A DNA stretch of 64,000 bases from an uncultured Spirochaetales bacterium. GTDB taxonomy: Bacteria; Spirochaetota; Spirochaetia; Treponematales; JBGSOB01. Each line of letters begins with the position of its first letter. The stretch's first letter is position 1. The position numbers were made by a program, and so were the translations under genes. The notes below the pieces were generated by a model, which was given only the letters and a program-made list of their open reading frames with translations, did no database searches and was not told where the DNA came from. Shown here one piece after another: positions 9,622-18,129 of this stretch. The DNA lies in the NCBI GenBank assembly GCA_964538705.1, contig CAZIEI010000003.1:62-64061 (forward strand), read 5' to 3'.

Positions 9622-10601
9622 GCCTCCGCCTTTCCCGAGCCCCCGGCCGCGAGAAGTACGGCGCCCGTGGCCACCGCGAGGTCGCCGAGCTTCGAGACGA
9701 GAACCTTCACGCCCTTCGCGATTCCGGGCATCAGGTGGGCCCGCATGGACGCTTCGGCGGTTTCGCGAAAAAGCTCCCCGAAGCGGGACATGATCCCGCC
9801 GCCTAGGACGATCGCCTCCGGATCCAGCACGTTCACGATATTGGCCATGCCCACGCCCGCCCAATGCGCAGCGCGCTCCACGATCCTCCGCGCCTGCGGG
9901 TCCTTCCGCTTGAGCGCCGCCTCGATAGTCCCCGACCGGTATTTCCTAAAATCGGTGCCCGCCTCCTCGAGAAGCTCCGGGGACCTGCCCGAAGCGGCCG
10001 CCGCGACCGCCTCCTTGGCCATGGCCGTCCGCGAGCAGAGGGCCTCAAGGCATCCGTACTGGCCGCAGCCGCAGGCCGCGCCGCCCTCGGACACGATCAT
10101 GTGCCCGACCTCGCCCGCGTGCCCGTGCGCGCCCCGCATGAGCTTCCCGTCCACGATGATCCCGCCCCCCACGCCCGTGCCGATGAACAACCCGACCACG
10201 TGCTTGAAGCCCACGGCCGCGCCCGCACGGTACTCGCCCCAGAGGCCGGAGACTACGTCGTTGACCAGGTACGCGGGCGCGCCCATCGCGGCCGAGAGGA
10301 GGGGCCCCATCGGATAGTCCCGGAGCCCGAGGTTCGGCGCCAGGATGATCTTCCCCGATTCGCCGTCGATCGGGCCCGGCACCGCCACGGCCACCCGCTC
10401 CGCCTTCGCCGCGCCCGCCTCCGCGAGCGCCTCGGCCGCCAGGGCGGCTATGCCCTTCACGACCGCGTCGTCGCCCTTGTCCGAGGGCGTCTTCCCCTTC
10501 ACCGTCGCGAGGGGCTTCATGTTCCCGTCGAAGGCCGCGACGAGGATCTTCGTCCCGCCCAAATCGACGCCTATATTGACGTTGACGTCCTTCCCACCCA
10601 T
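9618..10601 (-). CDS. ROK-family sugar kinase (glucokinase-like)
   Basis: 327 aa. N-terminal ATP-binding motif IGVDLGGTKILVA. ROK zinc motif GHAGEVGH...CGCGQYGCLE. Confidence 0.85.
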   Translation of the reverse strand: MGGKDVNVNIGVDLGGTKILVAAFDGNMKPLATVKGKTPSDKGDDAVVKGIAALAAEALAEAGAAKAERVAVAVPGPIDGESGKIILAPNLGLRDYPMGPLLSAAMGAPAYLVNDVVSGLWGEYRAGAAVGFKHVVGLFIGTGVGGGIIVDGKLMRGAHGHAGEVGHMIVSEGGAACGCGQYGCLEALCSRTAMAKEAVAAAASGRSPELLEEAGTDFRKYRSGTIEAALKRKDPQARRIVERAAHWAGVGMANIVNVLDPEAIVLGGGIMSRFGELFRETAEASMRAHLMPGIAKGVKVLVSKLGDLAVATGAVLLAAGGSGKAEA

Positions 10602-10742
10602 CTCGGCCTCCTTTTCAATAGTAGCCTTCCCGGCCTCCGCCCTTCAAGCGATAAGGACGCGAGAATTCCATGAGCGCGCCCGGACGGGCTTCCGGAATCC
10701 CCTCCCGGCCCCGCGGACCCAGGAGCCGGTCCCTCCCGCGCC

Positions 10743-10772
10743 TTGACATCCCCAAGCCTTTTTCGCTAGGAT
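10743..10772 (+). promoter_or_regulatory. Candidate sigma70-type promoter for tRNA-Ala
   Basis: TTGACA at 10743-10748, an 18-nt spacer, then TAGGAT at 10767-10772. This sits about 15 nt upstream of the tRNA 5' end. Confidence 0.4.
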
Positions 10773-10787
10773 GGCGTCCTCTTAGTC

Positions 10788-10861
10788 GGGGGTGTAGCTC
10801 AGTTGGCTAGAGCGTTTGAATGGCATTCAAGAGGTCAGGGGTTCAATTCCCCTCACCTCCA
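10788..10861 (+). tRNA. tRNA-Ala (anticodon GGC)
   Basis: A full cloverleaf can be drawn by hand. Acceptor stem gggggtg/cacctcc includes the G3:U70 alanine identity pair. Anticodon loop is at-GGC-at (GGC at 10822-10824). T-arm is agggg-ttcaatt-cccct. No CCA is encoded. Confidence 0.9.
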
Positions 10862-10868
10862 CGACAGG

Positions 10869-10903
10869 AAAAGCCGTCCGTAAGGACGGCTTTTTTCTTT
10901 TTC
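10869..10903 (+). terminator. Rho-independent terminator after tRNA-Ala
   Basis: Stem gccgtcc (10873-10879), loop gtaa, stem ggacggc (10884-10890), followed by ttttttcttttt. Confidence 0.8.
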
Positions 10904-11012
10904 GAGTGAGGGGAATTGATACCCGGGCGCGCCGAGCTGGCGAGGAAAAGCGCGCACTACGCGCGTATCCCGCAACCTTGCCATCCCCCCGGTCGGGTGC
11001 TACACTTGCCGT

Positions 11013-12710
11013 ATGGCTCAAGGACCGGCATATTCGGGCGACCTCGATCCCGACATAGCGGCGCTCATCGGCGGCAACTTCGAGGACATCGGGCCCGGAA
11101 ATGGGGGAGCCGCCAAGCGGCCCGCTCGTCCCGAGGCCGGACGGGATTTCGACGAATCTGAGGTGGAGGCCTTCTCGGAGGCCCGGGCCGGCATGAGAGT
11201 CCAAGGCCCGGATTCCGTCAACCTCTCCAAAAAGAAATTTTCCCCCATCGCCAAATTCGAAGAGAACCCGCCCAACCGCTTCTTCTCCAAAACGGACTTC
11301 TACAAGGAAGCCATGAGCGCGGCGGGGGAGGAGGCCCAAGCCCTCCACCAGATCCTCCAGAAGTACCTCCAGACCCAAGATCCCAAGGACCGCTCCGTCA
11401 TCAGGCAGAAGATCGTCCCGAGCTACTGGAATTTCGTCCGACGGCTCTCACTCGGCTGCGCGTCCAAGAACTTCTCGACCGCCAAGCAGATGACCATGCG
11501 CTTCGGCTGCCTCCTCCCGAGCCTCCTCTCCCCCGAGCAGCGCGACATCCTCGAACGCGTCGTCTTCAAGAACGACACGGACGAACCCGTCTACTACGTC
11601 GACGAGTGGATCAAGCTCGTGTGCGCGGGACAGCTCAAAGCCTCCGCGACCGACGAGGTCCGCTTCTCCCGCATGGACGACCGCGCCAAGTTCCAGACCC
11701 TCACCGCCAAGGCGCAGGGCAGGCGCGACTCCGCCGAGGGCATCCTCCGCGCCAAGGCCGAGGAGCGCAGTTCCCTCGAGGAGTTCCTCAAGCAGAAGAT
11801 CGAATTCGTTACCCTCCACGATTCCTGCCAGGCCATGCCCGGCATTCCGGCGCCCTACAGCGAGGCCCAGCGCAAGGGCTTCTCCGAGATCGCGGAGATC
11901 TTCCGCAAGCTCGCGGCCGCGGACCGGGATCTCGAAAAGGGGCTCGACGACTTCCAGGACGCGGAGAAGGAGCTCAAGAGCGCGGAGGAGAAGGCCTCCG
12001 GCGTGGCGCCCAGCGCGAAGACCGACCTCCAGGCCGTCGCACAGGAGTTCGAGACGGTCCGCCAGATGGTTAAGATGACCTGCGGAAGGCAGGGCAACCA
12101 CTTCCCCATCCTCGCCAAGGAGTACTGGCACGGTTCCATCAGGGAGATCGGTTCCCGGGAGAACGTCATCCAGATCATGGCCTGGATCGAGTCCATCGAC
12201 TCCGAAGCCTTCTGCCGCCACTACAAGACCCAGCTCAACCGCATCGTCCCCTACGTCGTCCTCCTCCCCAGCTACGGCGAGTACGGCATCTGCTGGGAGC
12301 CCTTCGACCGTTTCAACCGCGCCACCAGCCGCGGCCGCGTCGCCATCCCCGTCTTCGCGAAGAGCCTCCCCCTCGCCGTCCTTTATGCCATCGCCGACCT
12401 CCGCTGGCAGACCGCCAAGGAGAAGGCCTCCTACTACTGGATGGAGGAAGGCCTCACCGGAAACTACTACCAGTCCTTCGTCGCCAAGAAGCTCAAGGGC
12501 GACGTGAAGGAATACTTCATCCAGGACTACATCCTCTGGATCACCAAGGAATCCGATGGCGTCCAGAAGCTCGAGAAGGACGTCCGGCAGATCTTCTGGC
12601 GCTACGTCCCCTTCACCCAGCCGATCAAGGACAAGCTCAAGACCCGCTCGTACGTGTACCAGGAGCTCTACCAGAAGGACATGAACAGGGCGATGTCCGA
12701 TGGTTATTGA
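11013..12710 (+). CDS. Hypothetical protein (565 aa), no family recognised
   Basis: Long ORF with native codon bias and balanced, non-shadow amino-acid composition. It has a disordered acidic/Gly N-terminus and a central coiled-coil-like Lys/Glu segment. The start is uncertain because no clear SD precedes 11013. Confidence 0.6.
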   Translation: MAQGPAYSGDLDPDIAALIGGNFEDIGPGNGGAAKRPARPEAGRDFDESEVEAFSEARAGMRVQGPDSVNLSKKKFSPIAKFEENPPNRFFSKTDFYKEAMSAAGEEAQALHQILQKYLQTQDPKDRSVIRQKIVPSYWNFVRRLSLGCASKNFSTAKQMTMRFGCLLPSLLSPEQRDILERVVFKNDTDEPVYYVDEWIKLVCAGQLKASATDEVRFSRMDDRAKFQTLTAKAQGRRDSAEGILRAKAEERSSLEEFLKQKIEFVTLHDSCQAMPGIPAPYSEAQRKGFSEIAEIFRKLAAADRDLEKGLDDFQDAEKELKSAEEKASGVAPSAKTDLQAVAQEFETVRQMVKMTCGRQGNHFPILAKEYWHGSIREIGSRENVIQIMAWIESIDSEAFCRHYKTQLNRIVPYVVLLPSYGEYGICWEPFDRFNRATSRGRVAIPVFAKSLPLAVLYAIADLRWQTAKEKASYYWMEEGLTGNYYQSFVAKKLKGDVKEYFIQDYILWITKESDGVQKLEKDVRQIFWRYVPFTQPIKDKLKTRSYVYQELYQKDMNRAMSDGY

Positions 12711-12775
12711 AGAAGGGGGAGCAATCCCCGGCCCGCGTCAGAACGGACGCGTATCCGTGAATTGATGGCGGGGCC

Positions 12776-12846
12776 TGGCAAAGAAAAAGCGACCTGCGGG
12801 AAGAGTACGGAGTACCGTAATTCCCTTGGTCGCTTTTTCTTTGCCA
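12776..12846. terminator. Long hairpin / probable bidirectional terminator
   Basis: Perfect 19-bp inverted repeat, 12776-12794 (tggcaaagaaaaagcgacc) against 12828-12846, with a 33-nt loop holding a small inner hairpin. The inner GC stem gcgacc/ggtcgc is followed by tttttcttt on the plus strand and the mirror run on the minus strand. Confidence 0.55.
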
Positions 12847-13321
12847 CCCGCCGCCTCACGCGTAAACCGTCCGTTCCTCCGCGATGTGATCGATCCCCCT
12901 TCGTCACTACCGTTTATACCGCGGCTCCCCCACGCTGCAGACTCCTAACGCTCCACTTCGTTACGCTAAGCCTTCGGCTCGGCGCGAGCATGGATCGTGA
13001 AGCGCGTCTCAGGGAGCCGCGCTCTCGCCTTTGGCTCGCATTTTTATGAGCGCCTGCGGGGTCTTCCGCTTCCCCCACTCCGGGGGAAGGAGATCATTGC
13101 CGAATGCCACCGTGTACAGCACAATGCATCAGCTTCATTCGCGCGTCGATTATTCCCCCTCCCTCAATACCCATACGAGCGCGCCCCCCACTCGGAACAG
13201 GGAGAGGCCGCGATGCGGGGGGCCATCAGGCAATTATAAACTTTGTTCAGCCTTCAATACAGAATGGACCGCGGGGCCTTTTATTCTAAATCGTGTCCAA
13301 ATGCACGGCTAATGCGTTCCG

Positions 13322-13768
13322 TTAAGGCTCTTCACCGATCGACCCGTCCGGATCCAAATTTATTAAAAGGAGTTCCCTGCATTTCCGCGACATGACGCTG
13401 AACCAAAACCTCTTTCCATTGATAAGCCATATTATGAAGTAGTAACCGCCCTTGGCCCCTTCCGTGCAATAAACCTTTTTGACGCTTCCTTTGAGGATCG
13501 TCCTATTCAAAAAAATCTTAAATATTACGACTTTATCCCGAAATATAATGACCTTACTGAAGAATAACGACGTAAAAAAAAGAGACATGGGGAGCCCTAA
13601 GAAAAAGTTGACTTTATGGACGAACTCGCTCCCGCCGACCCCTTTGGTTATCAGCTCAAACGCCGAGAAAAAGGAGGCGAAAAGAAAGGCTAGGGCGAAA
13701 ATAAGCGCTATCACCCTTACCACGATGCAATTCATGAATGCTTCTTGAATCGGTTCGCTTTTGACCAT
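13322..13768 (-). CDS. Small membrane protein on a low-GC islet (two N-terminal TM helices + beta-rich tail, bacterial-PH/YdbS-like topology)
   Basis: 148 aa. Hydrophobic helices IVVRVIALIFALAFLFASFF and FFLGLPMSLFFTSLFF are followed by KVVIFKIFLNRTILKGSVKKVY...YYFIIWLINGKRFWF. Local GC is about 40% against about 68% in the flanks. The family call is inference from topology only. Confidence 0.55.
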   Translation of the reverse strand: MVKSEPIQEAFMNCIVVRVIALIFALAFLFASFFSAFELITKGVGGSEFVHKVNFFLGLPMSLFFTSLFFSKVIIFRDKVVIFKIFLNRTILKGSVKKVYCTEGAKGGYYFIIWLINGKRFWFSVMSRKCRELLLINLDPDGSIGEEP

Positions 13769-14274
13769 ATACCGCCGACCTCTTCCACGATGAATATTAT
13801 CCGACGTGGCGTCCCATCAGTCGAGTCCTTACTGCTATCTGGACTCAACCGCGACAGCCCTTTTCATCCTTCTTCTTGATCAGAGCTTCTTTTTAATTGT
13901 CGATGCGGACACTCAATATCCAGTCTTGTAATACCATGCATGGCGATCCCGGGGAGCAGACTACTATCGGATACGGCAAGCATGAATGCGTGATGAACCA
14001 TATTGGGCAAACTCGATCCTGCAGGTAACGCCTTCTCGTGGATTCCGCACGATCATCAGCTGCGAAAAGCAAGGGGCGCCGAACCGAGTCCCGCAGCCGC
14101 CATGAGCGTCCTAGCCATTCTCATTCACGCCTTCGCGATCGCTCTCGGAGCATCGACCATAATACCCCATCCTCGACGGATGAGAGAGGATCGTCGCCGC
14201 GGTCCGAGAAGCGCGGAGGGCCGACGGGGGCGCGCGATCGCGGTGACTTCCGCCCTTCCGCGCGCTCCTCGCCC

Positions 14275-14481
14275 TTATTTCTTCTTTAGGGACGACCGGT
14301 ACTCGGTGACCACCTTCTTGAAGTTGGCCTTGTCCCCGGCGGTGTTCTTGTCGATGTATTCGATCATGCAGTCGATGATGCCCTCGCCCTCTGACTTCCC
14401 TTCCATGGTGCAGAAGCCCTGGAACATGCTGAGAATGGCCTTGGGTACGCCTTTGACGAGAATGTCGGATTTATCGATCAT
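14275..14481 (-). CDS. Small (68 aa) cytoplasmic protein, possible ribbon-helix-helix-like fold
   Basis: A strong SD (AAGGAG) lies 7 nt upstream of the ATG at 14481. Composition is balanced and Lys/Glu-rich. The N-terminal strand-like SDILVKGVPKAIL is followed by helical segments. No family was recognised with confidence. Confidence 0.5.
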   Translation of the reverse strand: MIDKSDILVKGVPKAILSMFQGFCTMEGKSEGEGIIDCMIEYIDKNTAGDKANFKKVVTEYRSSLKKK

Positions 14482-14670
14482 GCCGCGCTCCTTACGTTTC
14501 GGGATCGGATGCGGCGCTGACGCGCGCCGTCCCTATTGTAGCACGCCACCGCCCTCTCTCCAGTGAATTCGCGGCATTTCCCGGCCTGGACCGCCTCCAT
14601 CCCGCCCTTGACAGCCCCGCGTCCCCGGACGAAACTTGGCCCGGCGCGCATCCCGCGCCCCGGAGGCGCC

Positions 14671-15381
14671 ATGAGCATCCACATAGAAGCCAAGCCCGGC
14701 GAGATCGCCGAGTCCATACTCCTTCCCGGGGACCCCCTCCGGGCCGAGCGCATCGCTGAAGCCATGTTCGAGTCGCCCGTCCGCTTCAACCGCGTGCGCG
14801 GCATGCTCGGCTTCACGGGCTCCTGGCGTGGTCATCGCGTCTCCGTCATGGGTACGGGCATGGGACAGCCCTCCCTCTCCATCTACGTCAACGAGCTCAT
14901 CAGGGACTATGGGGTGAAGCGCCTCGTCCGCGTCGGGACCTGCGGTTCGCTCAGGGAGGACATCGCAGTCAAGGACGTCGTGGTCGCCATGAGCGCCTGT
15001 ACGGACTCCAACCTGAACGGGCTTCGCTTCCCCGGCATGCATTACGCCCCCACGGCGGACTACGGCCTCCTCAAGGCCGCGGAGGAGGCTGCCGTCGCGA
15101 AGGGCTATCGGGCCAAGGTCGGCCCCGTCCTCTCGAGCGACGCATTCTATACAGAGGATCCCGAGCAGTGGCGCCTCTGGGCGCGTTTCGGCGTGCTCGC
15201 CGTGGAGATGGAGAGCGCGGAGCTCTTCACCCTCGCGGCGAAGTACGGCGTCAAGGCGCTCGCGGTCCTCACGGTGAGCGACAGCCTCGTGACCCATGAG
15301 GCCATGACGAGCGCGGAGCGCGAGACGACCCTGAAGGCCATGACCGAGATCGCGCTCTCGGCGGCGACGGCCGACCGGTAG
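14671..15381 (+). CDS. deoD: Purine nucleoside phosphorylase DeoD-type
   Basis: [29 protein letters not shown]..., [15 protein letters not shown] and [13 protein letters not shown] are hallmark DeoD motifs. The start was trimmed to the ATG at 14671, which is preceded by GGAGG. Confidence 0.9.
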   Translation: MSIHIEAKPGEIAESILLPGDPLRAERIAEAMFESPVRFNRVRGMLGFTGSWRGHRVSVMGTGMGQPSLSIYVNELIRDYGVKRLVRVGTCGSLREDIAVKDVVVAMSACTDSNLNGLRFPGMHYAPTADYGLLKAAEEAAVAKGYRAKVGPVLSSDAFYTEDPEQWRLWARFGVLAVEMESAELFTLAAKYGVKALAVLTVSDSLVTHEAMTSAERETTLKAMTEIALSAATADR

Positions 15382-15408
15382 CCGGGGCGCGTACCGGGAC
15401 CGCGATCT

Positions 15409-16029
15409 TTATGGCGAAGAGATGAGCTCCTCGATGCTCGGAGAAGCGACGGCGCGGAACGTCGTCACAGTCGTATACAGCTCCGCCGCATCGCCATCCT
15501 CGTCCAAATCGAGGAAGTCTTCGACCTCCAAGGCGGTAGTGAGGGTATCTCCGGCGAGTTCGAACGGTATCGCCAATTCCCACATATTTATCGTATTTCC
15601 CGAAACGGTATAGTCGGCGGCGTCGACCAGGAAACGGCCGGCTTCGATCCCGGCGGATTCGAGGATGAGAGGGAACGATACGGTATTTGAGCCGCCGTCG
15701 GATATTATGACATCGATAAAGTCCCCGTATGTTCCTTGATAATAGAAAACGTATTCGCGATAAATGACCGACTCTTCTGTCCCATCGCCGTCGTAATCGG
15801 CCGGAGGGTAGTCATCGAATCCGAAGGGGCTCGTCAGCGTCGTCCCCATGAGATCCTCCTGTATCGCAGTGACCTCCCAGGTAGTATTCTCGAGAGTCGC
15901 GGGAGGAGGAGGCGTCGGGTCGGGCGCGCCCAAGGGGGAATAATCGAGGTCCCAGACGACGTCGCCGCATCCGGCAAAAAATAACGCGCAGGCGGTTATA
16001 ACGCAGGCAGGTATCGCTTTTCTCATCAT
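15409..16029 (-). CDS. Lipoprotein, function unknown
   Basis: The start was trimmed to MMRKAIPACVITACALFFAGCGD, giving a lipobox FFAG-C. GGAG lies upstream. The mature part is acidic and Thr/Asp/Tyr-rich. GC is lower than the genome average. Confidence 0.7.
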   Translation of the reverse strand: MMRKAIPACVITACALFFAGCGDVVWDLDYSPLGAPDPTPPPPATLENTTWEVTAIQEDLMGTTLTSPFGFDDYPPADYDGDGTEESVIYREYVFYYQGTYGDFIDVIISDGGSNTVSFPLILESAGIEAGRFLVDAADYTVSGNTINMWELAIPFELAGDTLTTALEVEDFLDLDEDGDAAELYTTVTTFRAVASPSIEELISSP

Positions 16030-16210
16030 TCTGCTCCTCGTCCGTACGGCTCGAATCGAACGCGTATCGGCGGTTTTCATGATTCTCTTCGATCCGGTCC
16101 CGGATAACCGAACCATCTTTCGCGATTATTCGTCACTGTTGCCCTATCGTCAATCCGTGGCAGCGTAGGTCCCAACCGTGCTTATTCCACGGTTTATCCG
16201 GCATGTATTT

Positions 16211-16239
16211 GGTTTATGTTCAATATTTGAACATAAACC
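16211..16239. promoter_or_regulatory. Perfect 13-bp-arm palindrome (candidate operator) in divergent intergenic region
   Basis: ggtttatgttcaa-tat-ttgaacataaacc. It lies between the divergently transcribed lipoprotein gene (start 16029) and the beta-barrel protein gene (start 16326), in a roughly 40% GC spacer. Confidence 0.5.
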
Positions 16240-16325
16240 GAGGGGTTTGAATCAAAATACAGTAGTAAAAATTGATAACCGAGACCAGCCGCGCTAAATT
16301 ATTGGTTGTCCAAAAGGAGGACACC

Positions 16326-16883
16326 ATGCGCAGGATTCTTATTATCGCTCTTGTCGCTCTCATCCCCCTGGCCGCGTTCAGCCAGACCTTCCAGATCGGT
16401 CCCACGGCGTTCTTCGACTTCCCCATGAAGCTGGCTGATGCCGACACATACCCCCCGCTCAAGGAGATCGGCCTGGACGACTTCACGTTCGGCGCCGATG
16501 CGCGCTTCCGCCTCTTCAAGCTCCTCGAGATCTCCGGACTCGCGCTCTTCAGCCCCCCCGCCTTCTACGAGGAAGAGCTCTACTACGTTCCCGGCAGTAT
16601 CGACATCTTCGCGGACGCCGGCGTCTACCTCGGCTTCGGCATCATCGGCGCGGGCATCGGCGTCGGCCCGAATTTTCGCATCCCCATCGATACCGAGGGC
16701 GTTTCGGACGACATCTTCCAGCTCGGCTTCAACACCAGGGCTCATGCCGACGTGAACCTCGGGAAGATCGGCGTGAGCCTCAACTACCTCATGTACCTGC
16801 CCGAACTCAGCAAGGAGGCCTTCGACGCCCTCGGCGAAAACCTCGTGGGCAGCGTCGGCGTCTCGGTGCTCTTCAACATCTAG
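16326..16883 (+). CDS. Small outer-membrane beta-barrel-like protein with signal peptide
   Basis: The start was trimmed to the ATG at 16326, which is preceded by AAAGGAGG. Signal peptide MRRILIIALVALIPLAAFSQ. The rest shows an alternating aromatic/Gly beta-strand pattern ending in VGVSVLFNI. Confidence 0.65.
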   Translation: MRRILIIALVALIPLAAFSQTFQIGPTAFFDFPMKLADADTYPPLKEIGLDDFTFGADARFRLFKLLEISGLALFSPPAFYEEELYYVPGSIDIFADAGVYLGFGIIGAGIGVGPNFRIPIDTEGVSDDIFQLGFNTRAHADVNLGKIGVSLNYLMYLPELSKEAFDALGENLVGSVGVSVLFNI

Positions 16884-16902
16884 GCCGTTCCGGTTCGTCT
16901 CC

Positions 16903-16942
16903 GGCCGCCGTCCCCCTCGCGAGCGGGCGGCGGCCTTTTTTT
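16903..16942 (+). terminator. Rho-independent terminator
   Basis: GC-rich stem ggccgccg (16903-16910) pairs with cggcggcc (16928-16935), followed by a T7 run. Confidence 0.8.
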
Positions 16943-16989
16943 CGCGTGCGCGGCTTGTCCCGCGACGCGTTCCCGCGTACCCTCTAGGA

Positions 16990-17637
16990 ATGCTGTCGGA
17001 CTATGGGATCCTCGGCGTCGAGGAGGGGGCCGACGAGAATGCCGTGAAGGCGGCGTACCGCCAGCGGGTCAAGGCCGTCCACCCGGACCACTCCTCGGAC
17101 GAGGACGCTTTCAAGAACCATCTCCTCTTCATTCAGATCAACCAGGCCTACCGGAGGGTCTTGCGAGGCCTCGCCGCGCGGTCGGCTCCTTCGCGCGTCC
17201 CCAGGCCCGCGCCCCCTCGACCAGCCTCCGCTCCCGCGCCGTCTCCGCGGGGAACGGGCCCTGGCCTCGTGCAGCACCGCGATCCGGCCTACGTCTACTA
17301 CCGGACGGCGACCCGGTTCTTCGAGCAGATCCATCCCGCGAAGTGGAGCATGCCCAACGCCCGGCAGTCGAATCGGCCCCGCTCCCCCTTCGACGCGCGG
17401 GAACAGACAGAGATGAAGCGCATCGTGCAGGACCTCGCGCGGCTCTTCCCGAAGGCGTACTACTACTACAGCCTCGTCGTTGACGATTACCCGGACAGCG
17501 TCTGGAGCGCGGACGCCGCGGACAAGATGCGGCTCATCGAGGAGCGGACGCGCCTCTACGAAAGGATCCTGGAATCCTTCGGCGTCTGGGACAAGGAAGG
17601 TCCGCACCGTACGTTCAAGCCGGTCGGAACCGCATGA
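16990..17637 (+). CDS. J-domain (DnaJ-like) protein without Gly/Phe or zinc-finger regions
   Basis: N-terminal DYGILGVEEGADENAVKAAYRQRVKAVHPDH carries the HPD motif. It is followed by a Pro/Ala-rich linker and an unrelated C-terminal domain. Confidence 0.75.
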   Translation: MLSDYGILGVEEGADENAVKAAYRQRVKAVHPDHSSDEDAFKNHLLFIQINQAYRRVLRGLAARSAPSRVPRPAPPRPASAPAPSPRGTGPGLVQHRDPAYVYYRTATRFFEQIHPAKWSMPNARQSNRPRSPFDAREQTEMKRIVQDLARLFPKAYYYYSLVVDDYPDSVWSADAADKMRLIEERTRLYERILESFGVWDKEGPHRTFKPVGTA

Positions 17638-17822
17638 GAGCTCCCCGCTCCGCGAATCGGCCCGCCATGCCGCTTCCGGGATAGGGGGAGCGCCCGTCGC
17701 GCGGATCGTTCGTAGTGCGCGGGGACGCTCGGGCGACGGGCCGGGGGAAAGGGCGGGAGCTCTTTCCCCATCGGGATGGGAGTCGCATGCGAGGCATCGG
17801 GCAGGTTTATCAAAGCGCCTAC

Positions 17823-17854
17823 AATAAAAAAGCCGGACCTCAGGTCCGGCTTTT
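17823..17854. terminator. Second copy of the terminator (unit A), bidirectional in appearance
   Basis: gccggacc-tca-ggtccggc is flanked by A6 on one side and T4 on the other. It could also terminate the convergent J-domain gene. Confidence 0.65.
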
Positions 17855-18015
17855 CCGCTTCGGGCGTCTGTGACCCGAAGGCTGCTGGTAGGGCTCCGTA
17901 TGCAACGCGGATCAGCGCGGGGAGCGCTGATCCGCTATGGCTAACAAGGCTTATCGCGAATTACCAGCGGTAATTCGCGAACGCCTTGTTATGGCCGTTA
18001 TCGGAATGCGCCTGC

Positions 18016-18043
18016 AATAAAAAAGCCGGACCAAAGGTCCGGC
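18016..18043 (-). terminator. Rho-independent terminator downstream of rpsG (unit B)
   Basis: On the minus strand: gccggacc-ttt-ggtccggc followed by ttttttatt. Confidence 0.75.
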
Positions 18044-18129
18044 TCTCCTGCTTCGGGCGTCTGTGCCCCGAAGGCTGCTGGTAGGGCTCCGTAGGCAACG
18101 CGGAATCGCGCGACGCGCGGTTCCGCTAT

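Noticed and set aside
9622-9864. 81-residue N-terminal extension of Ppx in the 600-aa track ORF
   Set aside because: The extension is Arg/Gly-rich nonsense overlapping the 3' end of the ROK kinase gene. The Ppx/GppA fold begins at the GTG at 9621, which forms a GTGA overlap with the kinase stop.
10861-14560. Integrated prophage or genomic island at tRNA-Ala
   Set aside because: There is no integrase, no phage or conjugation genes, and no direct repeat of the tRNA 3' end at a distal boundary. Only an inverted 14-mer and a small low-GC islet are present, and these are reported separately at lower claims.
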